The notes under the pieces: model-generated
The model's database searches: none
Seen by the model: only the letters and a program-made list of their open reading frames with translations
Told to the model about the DNA's origin: nothing
DNA from: Octopus sinensis
Taxonomy: Eukaryota
Direction of reading: 5' to 3'
DNA: 64,000 bases
NCBI RefSeq assembly: GCF_006345805.1
Contig: NC_043004.1
Location: 85,932,001-85,996,000 of the forward strand
Position numbers and translations under genes: made by a program
In this document: positions 27,901 through 40,861 of the stretch, in pieces
How the letters are laid out: each line of letters starts with the position of its first letter
Position numbering within the stretch: position 1 is the stretch's first letter

Positions 27901-28100
27901 TGTTGAGGTGGTTTCATTTGCAAGACGTTGATCGTGTCATGCTGCTTTCACGGATGTCGATCCACTAGCCAGACGCAAACTTCACGTGTATATGACTTGT
28001 TTCCCTTTCAGAATTTCTAACACGCACACCTACGTGCGCGAGCGAAAAACAATCATAAAGAAACACACACACACACATATATATATATATATTGGTTATA

Positions 28101-28502
28101 TATTCATTTCAAATCTAGACAGAAAGCCCGAAATTTTGGGGGAGGAGGACAGTCCATTAGATCGATCCCTGTAGGCAAGTGATACTTAATTTATTGACTC
28201 CGAAAGGATGAAAGGCAAAGTCGACCACAACAGAATTTGAACTCAGAACTTAAAGACAGATGAAATACCTATTTCTTTATTACCAACAAGGGGTTAAACA
28301 TAGAGGGGACAAACAAGGACAGACATAGGTATTAAGTTGATTACATCGACCCCAGTGCGTACCTGGTACTTAATTTATCGACTCCGAAAGGATGAAAGGC
28401 AAAGTCGACCTCGGCGGAATTTGAACTCAGAACGTAACGGCAGACGAAATACTGCAAAGCATTTCGCCCGGCGTGCAAACGCTTCTGCCAGTTGGCCGCC
28501 TT
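28101..28502 (-). mobile_element. SINE family A/B dimer
   Basis: Young tailA unit joined to a more diverged tailB unit at aaagaaatag|gtatttcatc. Confidence 0.85.
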
Positions 28503-28531
28503 ATATTGAGTGTATGTATTATATATATAGT

Positions 28532-28829
28532 GAAGGCACGTGGCTTAGTGGTTAGGACATTCGGCTCACGATCATAAGGTCGTGAGTTCAATACCCGGCG
28601 ATGCAAGTCACTTTATTTCACGTTGCCCCAGTCCACTCAGCTGGGGAAAATGAGTAGTACCTTTACTTCAAAGGGCCGGCCTTATCTCACTCCGTGTCAC
28701 GCAGAATCCTCCTCCCTGAGAACTACGTTAAGGGTACACAGGTCTGTGGCGTGCTCAGCCGCTTTCACGAGCAAGCTGTTCCACTGATCGTATCAGCTGG
28801 GAAACTCGTCATCGTAACCGACAGTGTAC
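28532..28829 (+). mobile_element. SINE family D
   Basis: Head ggcacgtggcttagtggttagg...gagttcaatacc; body cactttatttcacgttgccccagtccactcagctgg; family D tail. Confidence 0.8.
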
Positions 28830-28851
28830 TCCTTATGCATATATATATATA

Positions 28852-29673
28852 TGTGTGTGTGTGTTGTGTGTGTGTGTGTGTGTGTGTGAGAAGAAAATGG
28901 AGGACAAATAAGAAACAGAACTGTCTCTTTTGCGCTAGCTTTACTAGCGCAAAAGACACTTATGTTTCTTGTTTATCTTCCATTTTATTCTCACCTATAT
29001 AAACTACGGTTCAGTGGGGCTGAACCCGGAACCATGTGGTTGGTAAGTAAGCTACTTACCACACAGCCACTCCTACGCATATTTATGACTGCTCTCAGCC
29101 ATGTCGGTATAACAAACCAGTTGTTACAACTGGATGTATTTATACTTCGCAATATTATCAACGAGTATACGTCTAGCGAAACATATTACTTCATTTTATC
29201 ACTGTCTATCATATCTGTTATTCTATGTGGACAACTATGCTTAATGTGTGTGTGTGTGTGTGTCTGGTGTGTGTGTGTGGTGTGGGTGTGTGTGTGTGTG
29301 TGAGAAGAAAATGGAGGACAAATAAGAAACAGAACTGTCTCTTTTGCGCTAGCTTTACTAGCGCAAAAGACACTTATGTTTCTTGTTTATCTTCCATTTT
29401 ATTCTCACCTATATAAACTACGGTTCAGTGGGGCTGAACCCGGAACCATGTGGTTGGTAAGTAAGCTACTTACCACACAGCCACTCCTACGCATATTTAT
29501 GACTGCTCTCAGCCATGTCGGTATAACAAACCAGTTGTTACAACTGGATGTATTTATACTTCGCAATATTATCAACGAGTATACGTCTAGCGAAACATAT
29601 TACTTCATTTTATCACTGTCTATCATATCTGTTATTCTATGTGGACAACTATGCTTAATGTGTGTGTGTGTGT

Positions 29674-29718
<45 letters not shown>

Positions 29719-29720
29719 TG
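28852..29720. repeat. Apparently identical 414-bp tandem duplication bounded by (TG)n
   Basis: 28889-29245 equals 29303-29659 with no mismatch seen; includes a family C SINE head. Confidence 0.95.
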
Positions 29721-30518
29721 TGTGTCTGTGTGTATGTTTGTGTGTCTGTTTTTACCCCATCATCGCTTGATATAAACTCTGTGTGCGTGTATCTCAGATA
29801 CCGACTCATATATTGTATTGTATGTATAAAATTATTTTAGCAGTCAGATACCGTTGCTTCAAGTGTGTCAAGCCTCATCAGTACTAACAGAGATAATCCC
29901 AACACTATGCTGACCAGAGTTTTCCATTATCAGGCCTTTCTTTTATCTACGAATCCATCACGCTGGTCCTGTGGCAATAGCAGCTATCACACCTTCGTAC
30001 CGCCTATTTCGTTTTATCTGTGATTGACAATGATTTATTCTTTGCCCTCAGCAAAGTTCTTGCTTTTACCTACCTGATACCTTGCCATAATCATAGAAAT
30101 CGATGTTCACTTTGTGATTCTTGAATTCTCCAATTAAGCTCCGTAAATCTTGCTTCCAATACAAATTTCTGTTCAAACATCAAACAAACTTCCGCTCACA
30201 ATAATATATTTTGCTCTGCAGTTGATGATATGTACAGTCGCACAGTCAGGCATAAATCAATACTCGCACGCAATATATATATATAACTTATAAAATAAGG
30301 GCAAAAGAAAAATTCTAATGCCAAATATGCCGAAAAATAGACAAAATTGTCAATAACCATCATAATTTATGCGTCTCGAAATAAGCCGATAGAAATTTCT
30401 AAAAAAATCCGTTATTACCGTATTGGTCCCAATTTATAAATTTAACCTTTAAAGGTATTTTTTGATATGCTGACCATTGATAAAATTTTTTTTGAAAAGA
30501 ATGTTATCCTACATTTGT

Positions 30519-30585
<67 letters not shown>

Positions 30586-30588
<3 letters not shown>

Positions 30589-30948
30589 GCACTCCGTCGG
30601 CTACGACGACGAGGTTTCCAGTTGATCCGATCAACGGAACAGCCTGCTCGTGAAATTAACGTGCAAGTGGCTTAGCACTCCAGAGACACGTGTACCCTTA
30701 ACGTAGTTCACGGGAAGATTCAGCGTGACACAGAGTGTGATAAGGATGGCCTTTTGAAATACCGGTACAACAGAAACATGAAGAGAGAGTGAGAGTAAGG
30801 CAGGGTTCAACACCACCCCCTGTCGGATCTCGTGGAGCTTTAGTTGTTTTCATTCAATAAAATCTCACAACAACCGGTCTGGGAACCGAAACAGCGGTCT
30901 CCCGACCGCAAGTTTGCTGCCCTCACCACGGGGCCATTGCGCCTCCAC
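30586..30948 (-). mobile_element. Hybrid SINE: family E-like head and middle with family D tail
   Basis: Middle aagctccacgagatccgacag matches 21.4 kb; tail matches 11.9, 28.7 and 61.4 kb. Confidence 0.75.
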
Positions 30949-30954
30949 AAACAC

Positions 30955-31128
<174 letters not shown>

Positions 31129-31462
31129 TTGGAATTTACGAAAAAACAAAAGACGAGGACAGGTGCGTATATATATACGTCTCATCTCCTTTTATACATG
31201 CGGATGGCATGTAACTGTATGCTACATGCTTGTCGTTGCCTGATGCTTCACAACCGATGTTTTAGGGTTGTTTTGTGTGTTTTTTTAACATCCCCATAAA
31301 ACAGAGCGTCAGAGGAATCAAGCTTAGAATGCGGACCAGATATAAATACTAAGTACGAATGTCAATGTAATCGCAACAAACACTTCAAGGCAGTGCTTTG
31401 CATGGACGCAGCCCAATGATTGGAAGAGGTAAAAGAGTTATGAATGTACACTTGCATGTATG

Positions 31463-31496
<34 letters not shown>

Positions 31497-31704
31497 TGTA
31501 TATATGTATGTATGTATGAATGTATGTATGTATGTACGTATTTATACATACATATCTATTTCCGCATATATATATATCCACATACATACATACATGCATA
31601 CATACGCACATGAATATATGTATAGCAATGTCTCTCTCCATCTATCTGTTTACCTATCGATTTATATGTGTATGTATGTATCTATTTGTATGTATATATA
31701 TGTA

Positions 31705-31753
<49 letters not shown>

Positions 31754-32872
31754 GTAGATATATAGATAGACAATATATATATATGTATGATGTATTTATA
31801 CACATATACATATATATTTTATATATCTATATCACTGTTACGCAAAAATTTTGTATGTATATTTATATATATATGTATATATATATATATATATAATATA
31901 TATATATATATAATATATATATATATATATAAGCATATTTACACACGCACACACATTCATACAAACATGCATACGCATATACATACATGCGTACATACAA
32001 ACGCACGTACATAAATACATACTTAGTGACACGCGCGAACACACACACACGCGCACATCAAATCATTTCAGGAAAATAACATCGATGAGTAGCAACACTA
32101 TTGGCCTAGTGATAACAAAATTATGGAAGGCTGTCCTGAGGCCACAGATTTCTAGCTGTGTTTCTTGGAGCGATCGATATAAAATGTTAGAGAAAACACA
32201 TAACTCGTATTTCTCTCTTTTCCCATTCGCTACCATCCATACAAATTATATATGCATCGCTGTATATATTATTCCTATAATTTTTATACAATATATTTTT
32301 TTTCGTTGTAACCCTAGATGCATACGTAAGTGCAAACTCAATGCTAAAGGTACACTTCGTTCATTATGATGCATTCCAAATTATATTATTACAATTCTTT
32401 AGTTAAACAGATCTCACAAGGAACTGACTGACTGAAAAGTTTGTTCAGATTTACTTTCTATTGAGAAAAAAGTATATATAACATCAACCAAATATTTTAA
32501 AGATGAATCGAGAGAGAAAGAAAAAAAAAGCAATAGTGTGCTGTTTAATACGTATTGCTGGCACGTAACAAATCTCAAATACAATGTATACCAATGACAT
32601 TGTAACCGCCATTCATATCTTTCCTTTTCGTTTCCAATGTTCCTGTGAACTATTTTGTTATCTCTATATCTTTATTTGTCAAAATATGTGTACTACTCCA
32701 TGACTGGTCTGTTATGATCTTCTCTATGTTTTCGCTCTTATCGTCTGCACCGTCAGCATTATCATCTAACAAGTTTTTTATTGTTGTTTTGTTTGAATAA
32801 CGCCTAAAGTGATTAACGATATGTCGAGAACACGCATACACCACACACTTATATATATGGATATATATATAT

Positions 32873-32918
<46 letters not shown>

Positions 32919-33350
32919 TATATTATATATATGTGGTGTGTGTGTGTGTGTATACAACACACACACATACCCAGCGTATATATATATATATATATATCCA
33001 CACACATTTATGTAGCTATAGAAAAATATTCACATATATATATGTTTATATGCGTTTCTATATTCACACATACATATATACACATGTATGCATATATATA
33101 TATATATGTACATGTATACATATACATACACATGTATATGTATACACACATATACATGTGTCTATGTATGTATATATGTGTCTTCTATTTTTTAATTATT
33201 ATAAATCTTCCACCGAGGAGGGAGTCAGTTTCCAAGAAAGATATATGTATATCTGTATATATATATGTGTGTGTGTCTGTGTGTGTGAGTGTGTGTGTGT
33301 GTGTATGTATGTATACACGTATGCACGTATGTATGTATGGATGATGGGCA

Positions 33351-33389
<39 letters not shown>

Positions 33390-33473
33390 GAAGACACTTG
33401 TATTTACAGGTAGGAAAAGCTACACGTGACAAAAATGTACAACTCGAATAACTCTGAATATATACATCCTCAA

Positions 33474-33508
<35 letters not shown>

Positions 33509-33526
33509 TTTCGGATAGATACATAT

Positions 33527-33589
<63 letters not shown>

Positions 33590-33694
33590 CGTACGTACAT
33601 ACATACATACATACATACATACATACATACATACATACATACATAGATACATAGATACATACATACATTGATAGATGTAAACATACATAGCGAG

Positions 33695-33738
<44 letters not shown>

Positions 33739-34599
33739 AAGTGAGAGAGAAAAGGTCTGGGTCATATATCTATTGATATATTTGCCATGAGTCTTTTAAA
33801 TAACTGTTTCTGATATTATTTCCGTTTAATAATACTTAATTAAAAAATATCTTTAGATCTGTGTTAATTTCTGTATCACAGTATACCGTAAGCGTTAGTG
33901 TGTGTGTGTGTGTGATTATAATTTTCGTATGTGTCTCTGTTTTTGTGAGTTTGTCTTTGCGCATGCGTATATATGTATTCCATTACAAAAGAATATGTTT
34001 ATAAGAAACAGATTTATTCACTTGCAAATATAAACGCCTGCATACGTGCATGCAATCTCCTTCATACATATATACATACATACTCACACCTTTTTTTTGT
34101 GTGTGTGTGTGTGTGTGTGTGTATAGGTAGGTACGTAGGTAGGTAGGTAAGTACGTACGTACGTATGTACGTCGGTAGGTATATTACTTTATTACATTTT
34201 TTACCATCTTTGAATCTCAACGTCAACAAAATGATATTAGCTGTAAATGTCCTTTGCACTTTTCTTGCTCTATAGTTGATTTGCTCAATGCACACACACG
34301 TACACACACACGTACACACACACACATACACACCACACACACACACACACATACAGCGGCGGATTAGGTCTGAAAATATTGGTTGCAAGGAGACAACCTG
34401 CAACTACAAGAGGGCTCACCCGCAGCAACAATGCTATCATTTAATTTTTTTAAAGTATTCTTTTCAACTGTTTACAAACATAGTCTGGCTGAAATATTAA
34501 TGCATTCTTCCAGGGGTGAGTAAACAGTTCTCAGAGTTAAGTGGATGGGCCCCTCAGATACTAACATAGGCCCCTATATAAGGATTCTAGTAGCGTAGC

Positions 34600-34935
34600 A
34601 ACTGGTAAAGGTTGAAAAAGCTAAGACTCTACTACCAGGAGCGAAAGCGGGAGAGATATGTAATCTGGAAGGGATTGGAAGGTATTGCACCAAATTTTGG
34701 TATTGAAAGCTCCACAAATGCCAGAACGGGTCACCACTGCACCTCAGGACCAGTTAATGCAACGGTCTGTGTTTGAAGGGCCCAATGCTTTTTAATATAC
34801 TCTTAAAGAGCCTGAGGGAACTACACAAATTGGATGTAGGTGTTTCAAAACAAAACAGGATCTCTTCCTTCAGGAGACCCAGATGAACCTACCTCGAGGA
34901 CAGCAACATCAAACTCCCTTATTTACCAAACGCCA
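34600..34935 (+). mobile_element. CR1-group LINE 3' fragment
   Basis: W*RLKKLRLYYQERKRERY..WK.LEGIAPNFGIES; GPMLFNIL; PDEP; SNSLIYQ (C-terminal motifs of CR1/L2-group ORF2). Confidence 0.75.
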
Positions 34936-35173
34936 CATATCAGAGGTTATAGTAGAAGACAATTGCTCAAGAGGCCACGCTGCGCGATTGAACCCCGGAC
35001 CATGTGGTTGGGAAGCAAGCTTCTTACCACATAGCCATGCGTGCGCCTATATATATGTGTGCATGTATGTGTGTGTGTTGTGGGTGTGTATCTATGTATG
35101 TATATATATATATGCACATATATATATATATAGGTGGAAAATATGTATATATCTGCATATGTACATGTGTACG

Positions 35174-35205
<32 letters not shown>

Positions 35206-35405
35206 GATATATATATATATATATATTTATTTATTTATTTATGTGTGTCTGTTGTGTGGTGATGTATGTATGTATATATGTGTGTATACATTTGAATACG
35301 CGTGTATATCTATGCATGCCAATATTGATTTGAATATAACTCTCTCTCAATCCCATTCTCTCCCTCTTTTTATTTATTTATAGAGATAGATAGATAGATA
35401 TAGAT

Positions 35406-35449
<44 letters not shown>

Positions 35450-36335
35450 TTTATATATACATATATTCACATTCATATATGCGCGAACATGTGTGTCTGT
35501 GTATGCATTATAATACCTTAAGCGATCGAGTGTATTTCTATCATTCTCTCGCTTCTAATTACTTTGTATTGGCCTGATATCACAGTAATCATTAAACATT
35601 TGCCTCTAATTTTCCTTCGCCGCCATCATTTTCCACATGTCTGCTTTTCTAAGACTCCACAGACAACATTCTATATCGGAAATTAGATGGAGGTAGGTTT
35701 CATTGCCGCTTTATAACAAGAGATACATAAAAATATCGACATTTAGTTCCATTGTTTGCTGCAAATTCTCTATTTGGTCGCTAAATTTCAAGTTCTAATC
35801 GTTTTGATAATCATGTTGTCTACAATCAAGACGCCTTTCCCGTTTCTATAAACGTACGTTTGTAATCTACCACCAATAAATATTAGATTTTTTTTCTTCT
35901 TAACTTTGGCCCAAAGCTCACATGTTTTGGGAACGAGACATGATCAATTCTATCGAACTCAGTTGAATTCTGAGATATATTTTATCGCTCAAAATACCAT
36001 AAATTGGAACACGTGTGTCTCGACCGAATTTTTACTAAGAATAATAACGGATGATCTACAACGTTTATTCGTGTGTTAGATGCAATGGTATATAAATTGC
36101 ACCCATAATTTAGTCGTAAATTTCGGTATAAAACGCTTTCTCTTCATATTTTAGATTTCCTCCGTGTACAATCCGTATCACTAATTGATGATAAGTATCT
36201 GTACAAAATGTTTTCCCTTTATAGTTTTAGATTTACTATCACCCCGTGTGTAATTTACAGCCCGTTAGTTTTTTTCAAAAATAGAAATATCATTATTTGT
36301 AATTCTCTCTAAAGGAGACCACGGCAGCGGTACTG

Positions 36336-36570
36336 GATATTAATAGTTATCCCCAAGCTAACAGGGCAGTCTAGAAAAATAGGACGAATGCTGCCCTTGA
36401 TGAGCTCCCCAGCAAGGAGAAGCTGCTGACCTTGTTCGAAGGTTATAATGGACAAAGGTTTGTGTGTCACAAAGCAAGCTAAAGGCGATGACCTCTTGGA
36501 GCTAATCAACGGCAGCATTCGTCCTATTTTCTGGACTGCCATATTACCTTGGCGACACCTATTAATATAG
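36336..36570. mobile_element. MITE-like fold-back, ~75-bp imperfect inverted arms
   Basis: ggcagtctagaaaaataggacgaatgctgcc pairs with ggcagcattcgtcctattttctggactgcc, and the pairing extends on both sides. Confidence 0.6.
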
Positions 36571-36856
36571 TTTCTGTTTTCAATTAACATCAAATCTAAA
36601 ATAGTGTATATATAGATTTATACACAATCAAACACGGTATATACCACAAAACGTCTTGTTCAGATGTCTAATGGTTTTGCTCGTTGATCGCTATTCATTG
36701 TTCTTATATGTTATATATAATATGCAATAGGTTTGATGGTTGTAAAGCGATTTATTACTCTTAACGTGAAATCAATGGTAGCTAATGTTAACACACGTCT
36801 ATAGCATATTTATTCGCCAATGCGGTGTTGAGTCCCCACTTCAACTGTTTTACATT

Positions 36857-36904
<48 letters not shown>

Positions 36905-36967
36905 TATATATATATATATCTATATATATATATATATTATATATATATATTATATATATATATATAT

Positions 36968-37135
36968 GCTCAAAATTACAGAAAAAAAACGACGCAGACA
37001 GGTGAAGGAATAATAAGCAGGAGTATTGGTTTAATGCTCGGGAAGAATGGAAAAGTCTTTTACATTTCGAGCCTAATCTCTTCGACAGAAAGGATTAAGA
37101 GGAGGGAAAATGAAAAAAAAAAAAACTTTACATAA
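36968..37135. mobile_element. (TA)n-anchored Penelope-like terminal fragment; related stubs at 31128-31175 and 44441-44510
   Basis: Three copies share aatttac.aaaa..aaagacga.gacaggtg and start right after (TA)n. The minus strand has a hammerhead-like cttt-CTGTCGAA-gag..ctc-GAAATGTA-aaag. Confidence 0.5.
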
Positions 37136-37154
37136 GCTCATATATATCATAGAC

Positions 37155-37249
<95 letters not shown>

Positions 37250-37629
37250 CAAATGCATATATGTCTATGTTTGTAAATACTGCATAAGGAATTTTATGAG
37301 CATAGGTATATTATTACATTAACATTCATTTATACAACACGTGAAAATTTCTTTTTGCCCCTTGCAGTTCTATTTTGTCTTTGTTCTTTTCCTCTTCGTT
37401 TTGCCTTCAAAGGTCACCTATAAATCAAAGAACTCGCTTGCTCAAAGACTTTTCAAAGATTAAGAAATGGAAAAATGCCTCCCACATGAAATAATAAATG
37501 TAAATTCCCAAATTTTTATCTCACAAGTTTTAGCGAGAAATATACTAGTCATTGATGCAATCGACTTAAATAATGAATTCAGAATATATTTCTCTCCAAG
37601 AATGTTCTTTGATATTATGCATGTTTAAG

Positions 37630-37688
<59 letters not shown>

Positions 37689-37932
37689 GTACATTTCTAG
37701 ATTAGTGATTAGGTAGGCAGATAAATACATTACTAGGTTAGTTGGTAGGTAGGTAGATAGATACGTTAATAGATAGATAGACATACATACATACATACAT
37801 ATATACATACATGCATGCATTCATAGACAGACAAACATGCAGACAGACAGACAGACACAGACAGACAGACAGACAGACAGACAGATAGATATATAGATAG
37901 ATAGATAGATCGATAGATAGATAGATAGATAT

Positions 37933-40614
37933 GTTTCTTTATTAGCCACACAGGGCTGCACACAGATAGAGCAAATTACAAGGTAGAGCTTTTCTTTTGA
38001 AGGTTTAAAAAAAAAAAAAAAAAAAAAAGGGAAGGGGGAGTTTCGATCAAAAGGGATCGTAAAAGGAGAGAAAGAGGACAAAAAAAAGTGGGGTTAAAAA
38101 AAAGGGGGAGAGGAAACAAATAATTGATCAATAGGGATCGTTATCACAGAAATGTCAATATGAAGTGTAAAGGGGAGGACAGGTGAGGTTTACCCGTGGA
38201 AAGAAAAGCCTACGGAAAAGACCACGGTAACCTCGGTCAATGAAGTCACATTTTATATTTCTTTTTTTTTTTTTTTTGCAAATAAGCAACTCTCTGTTTT
38301 CGATTTCTGGGTTCATAGGACTATGCTCAAGGTGGCTTCGTCATTCATACGTGCCATTCTTGCTACATTCACCCATCTTTTTTTAAAACATTCGCTAGAC
38401 AAAACTTGCCTCTCTACTCTCACTTTCCTTTTCAAGTGGTACTTGAAGAAGTTGATGAGAGATTGACCAGAGAGGAAAGTGTTTGTCTCCAATCCTTTCA
38501 GACGCGTCCACCAGATACATTCTTTCGCCATAGCCACAAGGATGATGAAAATAGCTCTTCCTTCCCGTTTGAAGGAAGGAGGCGTGACAATATTGACGAT
38601 AGACTCAGCTGATAAACCGACTCGTCCCACACGTGACAGCAGTTGTTCGACATAAGCCCACAGGTCGGAAATTGTTGGACACTGGACGAGTGCGTGCAGA
38701 ACGGTTTCGTCGCTCTGACCGCATCTCGGGCAGGTCGGCCCCGTGTTTCTCGAGCCGTGTCTGTAGAGCTTATCCCGAACGGGTAGCGCTTCTCGGTAGC
38801 ACTGCCAGGCCAGGGATCTCTGGAAGTTGTCATGGGCCCTGGCCCGAAAGTCGTCCCGAACAGGCGGGTCAGGTACTCCTCGTCGACGTCCAGGTTCGCC
38901 CCGAGCTCGTCGTCGTACCTCCCCTCCACTAAACCCCTATAGAATGCTTTGGTTGTGTTGAAGTCACTTAAGGTCGACCCAGGACGGCAGAGTTGCTTGA
39001 GAGCAACGCGACACTCGCGGTGCCATTCGCCCTTCCTCGGCCTCTTTTTGATCCACGACTGCAGTTCGGTCATGGAGACGAGCTGCGGGAAAGCGTGCCT
39101 CACAAACGGCGACCACACCTGTTCACCGTCGTCTACATAGAGCCAGAGATGTCGCAGTCTCAGCGCGTGTCTGCGCATCATCAACCACGGCATGCCCAGC
39201 CCTCCTTTTAACGGGTGTTGACAGCAAATGGATCGCCTGACCATCGGGACGCATCCTTTCCACAAGAAGCGAAAGAGGATGCGTTGTAGTTTGGTGATGG
39301 TAGGGTCGGGACAAGGTACGACGGTCAGGCGGTAGTAGATGACGGACGCGATGTACGTGTTCGCCACCTCCGCTCGACCTTTTAGGGACAGTTTCCTCTC
39401 GGCCCATTGCCGGGCGAGAGTGACCACCCTACTCGTTATCTCGTTCCAGTTCTTCTCCACTTGGAGGTCCGGACCAAACCAGACCCCGAGCAACTCAACC
39501 GGGCCGTCGGTCCAGCGTCCCACGACGGAGGCGCTGGTGGACGGCATGGGCTTGCTTCTCCAGGTGCCTAGTCGCAAGCCCACTGACTTTTCCCGGTTGA
39601 TTTTCGCTCCTGTCACCGCTTCGTAGTTTTTCAGTGTCTCGCCGACCAGCTCGATGTGCTCGTGGCTAGACACTATGACGGTGACGTCGTCCGCGTATGC
39701 AGACACGCTCGTCCCGCATCCCAATTCTCGCGGGATGCCCCTTAGAGTCGCCAGCTTCCGCAGTAGTGGCTCAAGAGTCAATACGTATAGAAGCGCCGAG
39801 AGGGGGCATCCCTGACGGACCGAACGTGCAATGTCGAAAGGTCTCGATAGATGTACAAGGCAGCTGTACAAGGCAGCTATCCAGCCGCGGAAGACGGGCC
39901 CGAAATCAGCCGCTCTCAGGACTGCCTCCAAGTATCGATGGTCCACCCTATCAAAGGCTTTCGATTGATCCAAGTTGATCAGGGCCCCACCCATGCCAGG
40001 TTCGTTAACTACCCTGTCTATGATGTAGCGCATCAGATGGAGGTTGTCATGGATGGTCCGGCCTGGCACGGCGCATGTTTGCGCCTTGTCGACCAGTTTC
40101 TCGATGACAAGCGCCAACCTCTTGGCTAGCACCTGGCCAAAATTTTCAAGTCTGCATTAAGCAGAGTGATGGGCCTAAAGTTATCTATTACATTTCCCTT
40201 GTTTAGATCTTTCTTCAGCAGTGTTACGGCTCCTCGGCTCACAAAACCAGGAATGCTCCGTTTTGCTGCCAGTTGCAGTACACCGCCGCCAAGAGATCTC
40301 CAAACAAGTCTGGCATACAATTGTAAAGCTCGTAGGGTAGACCATCCAAACCCGGTGATTTGTCCCTCGAGCATTCTGCCATCGCTTCCCGCACTTCCGC
40401 CGCCGTGATGGCACCTTCGCAGCACCCTGCCTTTCTTGTCGAGAGTCGTGGTAGGCTATGTAGGTAGGCACTGAAGTCCACCCTACGTTCTTGCCCTCCA
40501 CTCGTTCCGAACAGTCGGGCAAAATGCTGCTGAAAGGCCTCACACATTTTACTTGGCTCGAGCAATTCGCGCCCCTGTTCATCTACCAGTGACCGAATGG
40601 TGGCTTTGTTGCCC
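37933..40614 (-). mobile_element. L1/Tx1-clade non-LTR retrotransposon, 5'-truncated (~2.68 kb)
   Basis: ORF2 from post-endonuclease linker to stop (38313), ~380-bp 3' UTR ending aataaagaaac; both flanks are (GATA)n. Confidence 0.95.
38313..40612 (-). pseudogene. Tx1-type ORF2 reverse transcriptase, partial, three single-base frameshifts
   Basis: KSPGLDGLPYE, FRPITLLNADLKI, DQSKAFDRV, RQGCPLS, YADD, LGVWF; zinc knuckle CPRCGQSDETVLHALVQC in the alternate frame. Frameshifts near 40240, 40135 and 38830. Confidence 0.93.
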
Positions 40615-40679
40615 TAGATAGATAGATAGATAAAGACATTACTAGGTTAGTGGGTAGGTAGGTAGGTAGGTAGGTAGAT

Positions 40680-40757
40680 AACTTTATTTATTGATTAAAC
40701 AGGGCTGAACACAGACGGGACAAATACAAATGAAGAGCTTTTCTTTTTGAAAATGAA
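40680..40757 (-). mobile_element. Short 3'-end stub of a related Tx1 family
   Basis: aaaagaaaagctct...tttgtcccgtctgtgttcagccctg...aataaa aligns with the 3' terminus at 37933-38005. Confidence 0.7.
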
Positions 40758-40809
40758 AACTATCTAACTATCTCTGTCTGTCTATCTATCAATCTATCTA
40801 GCCATTGAC

Positions 40810-40861
<52 letters not shown>

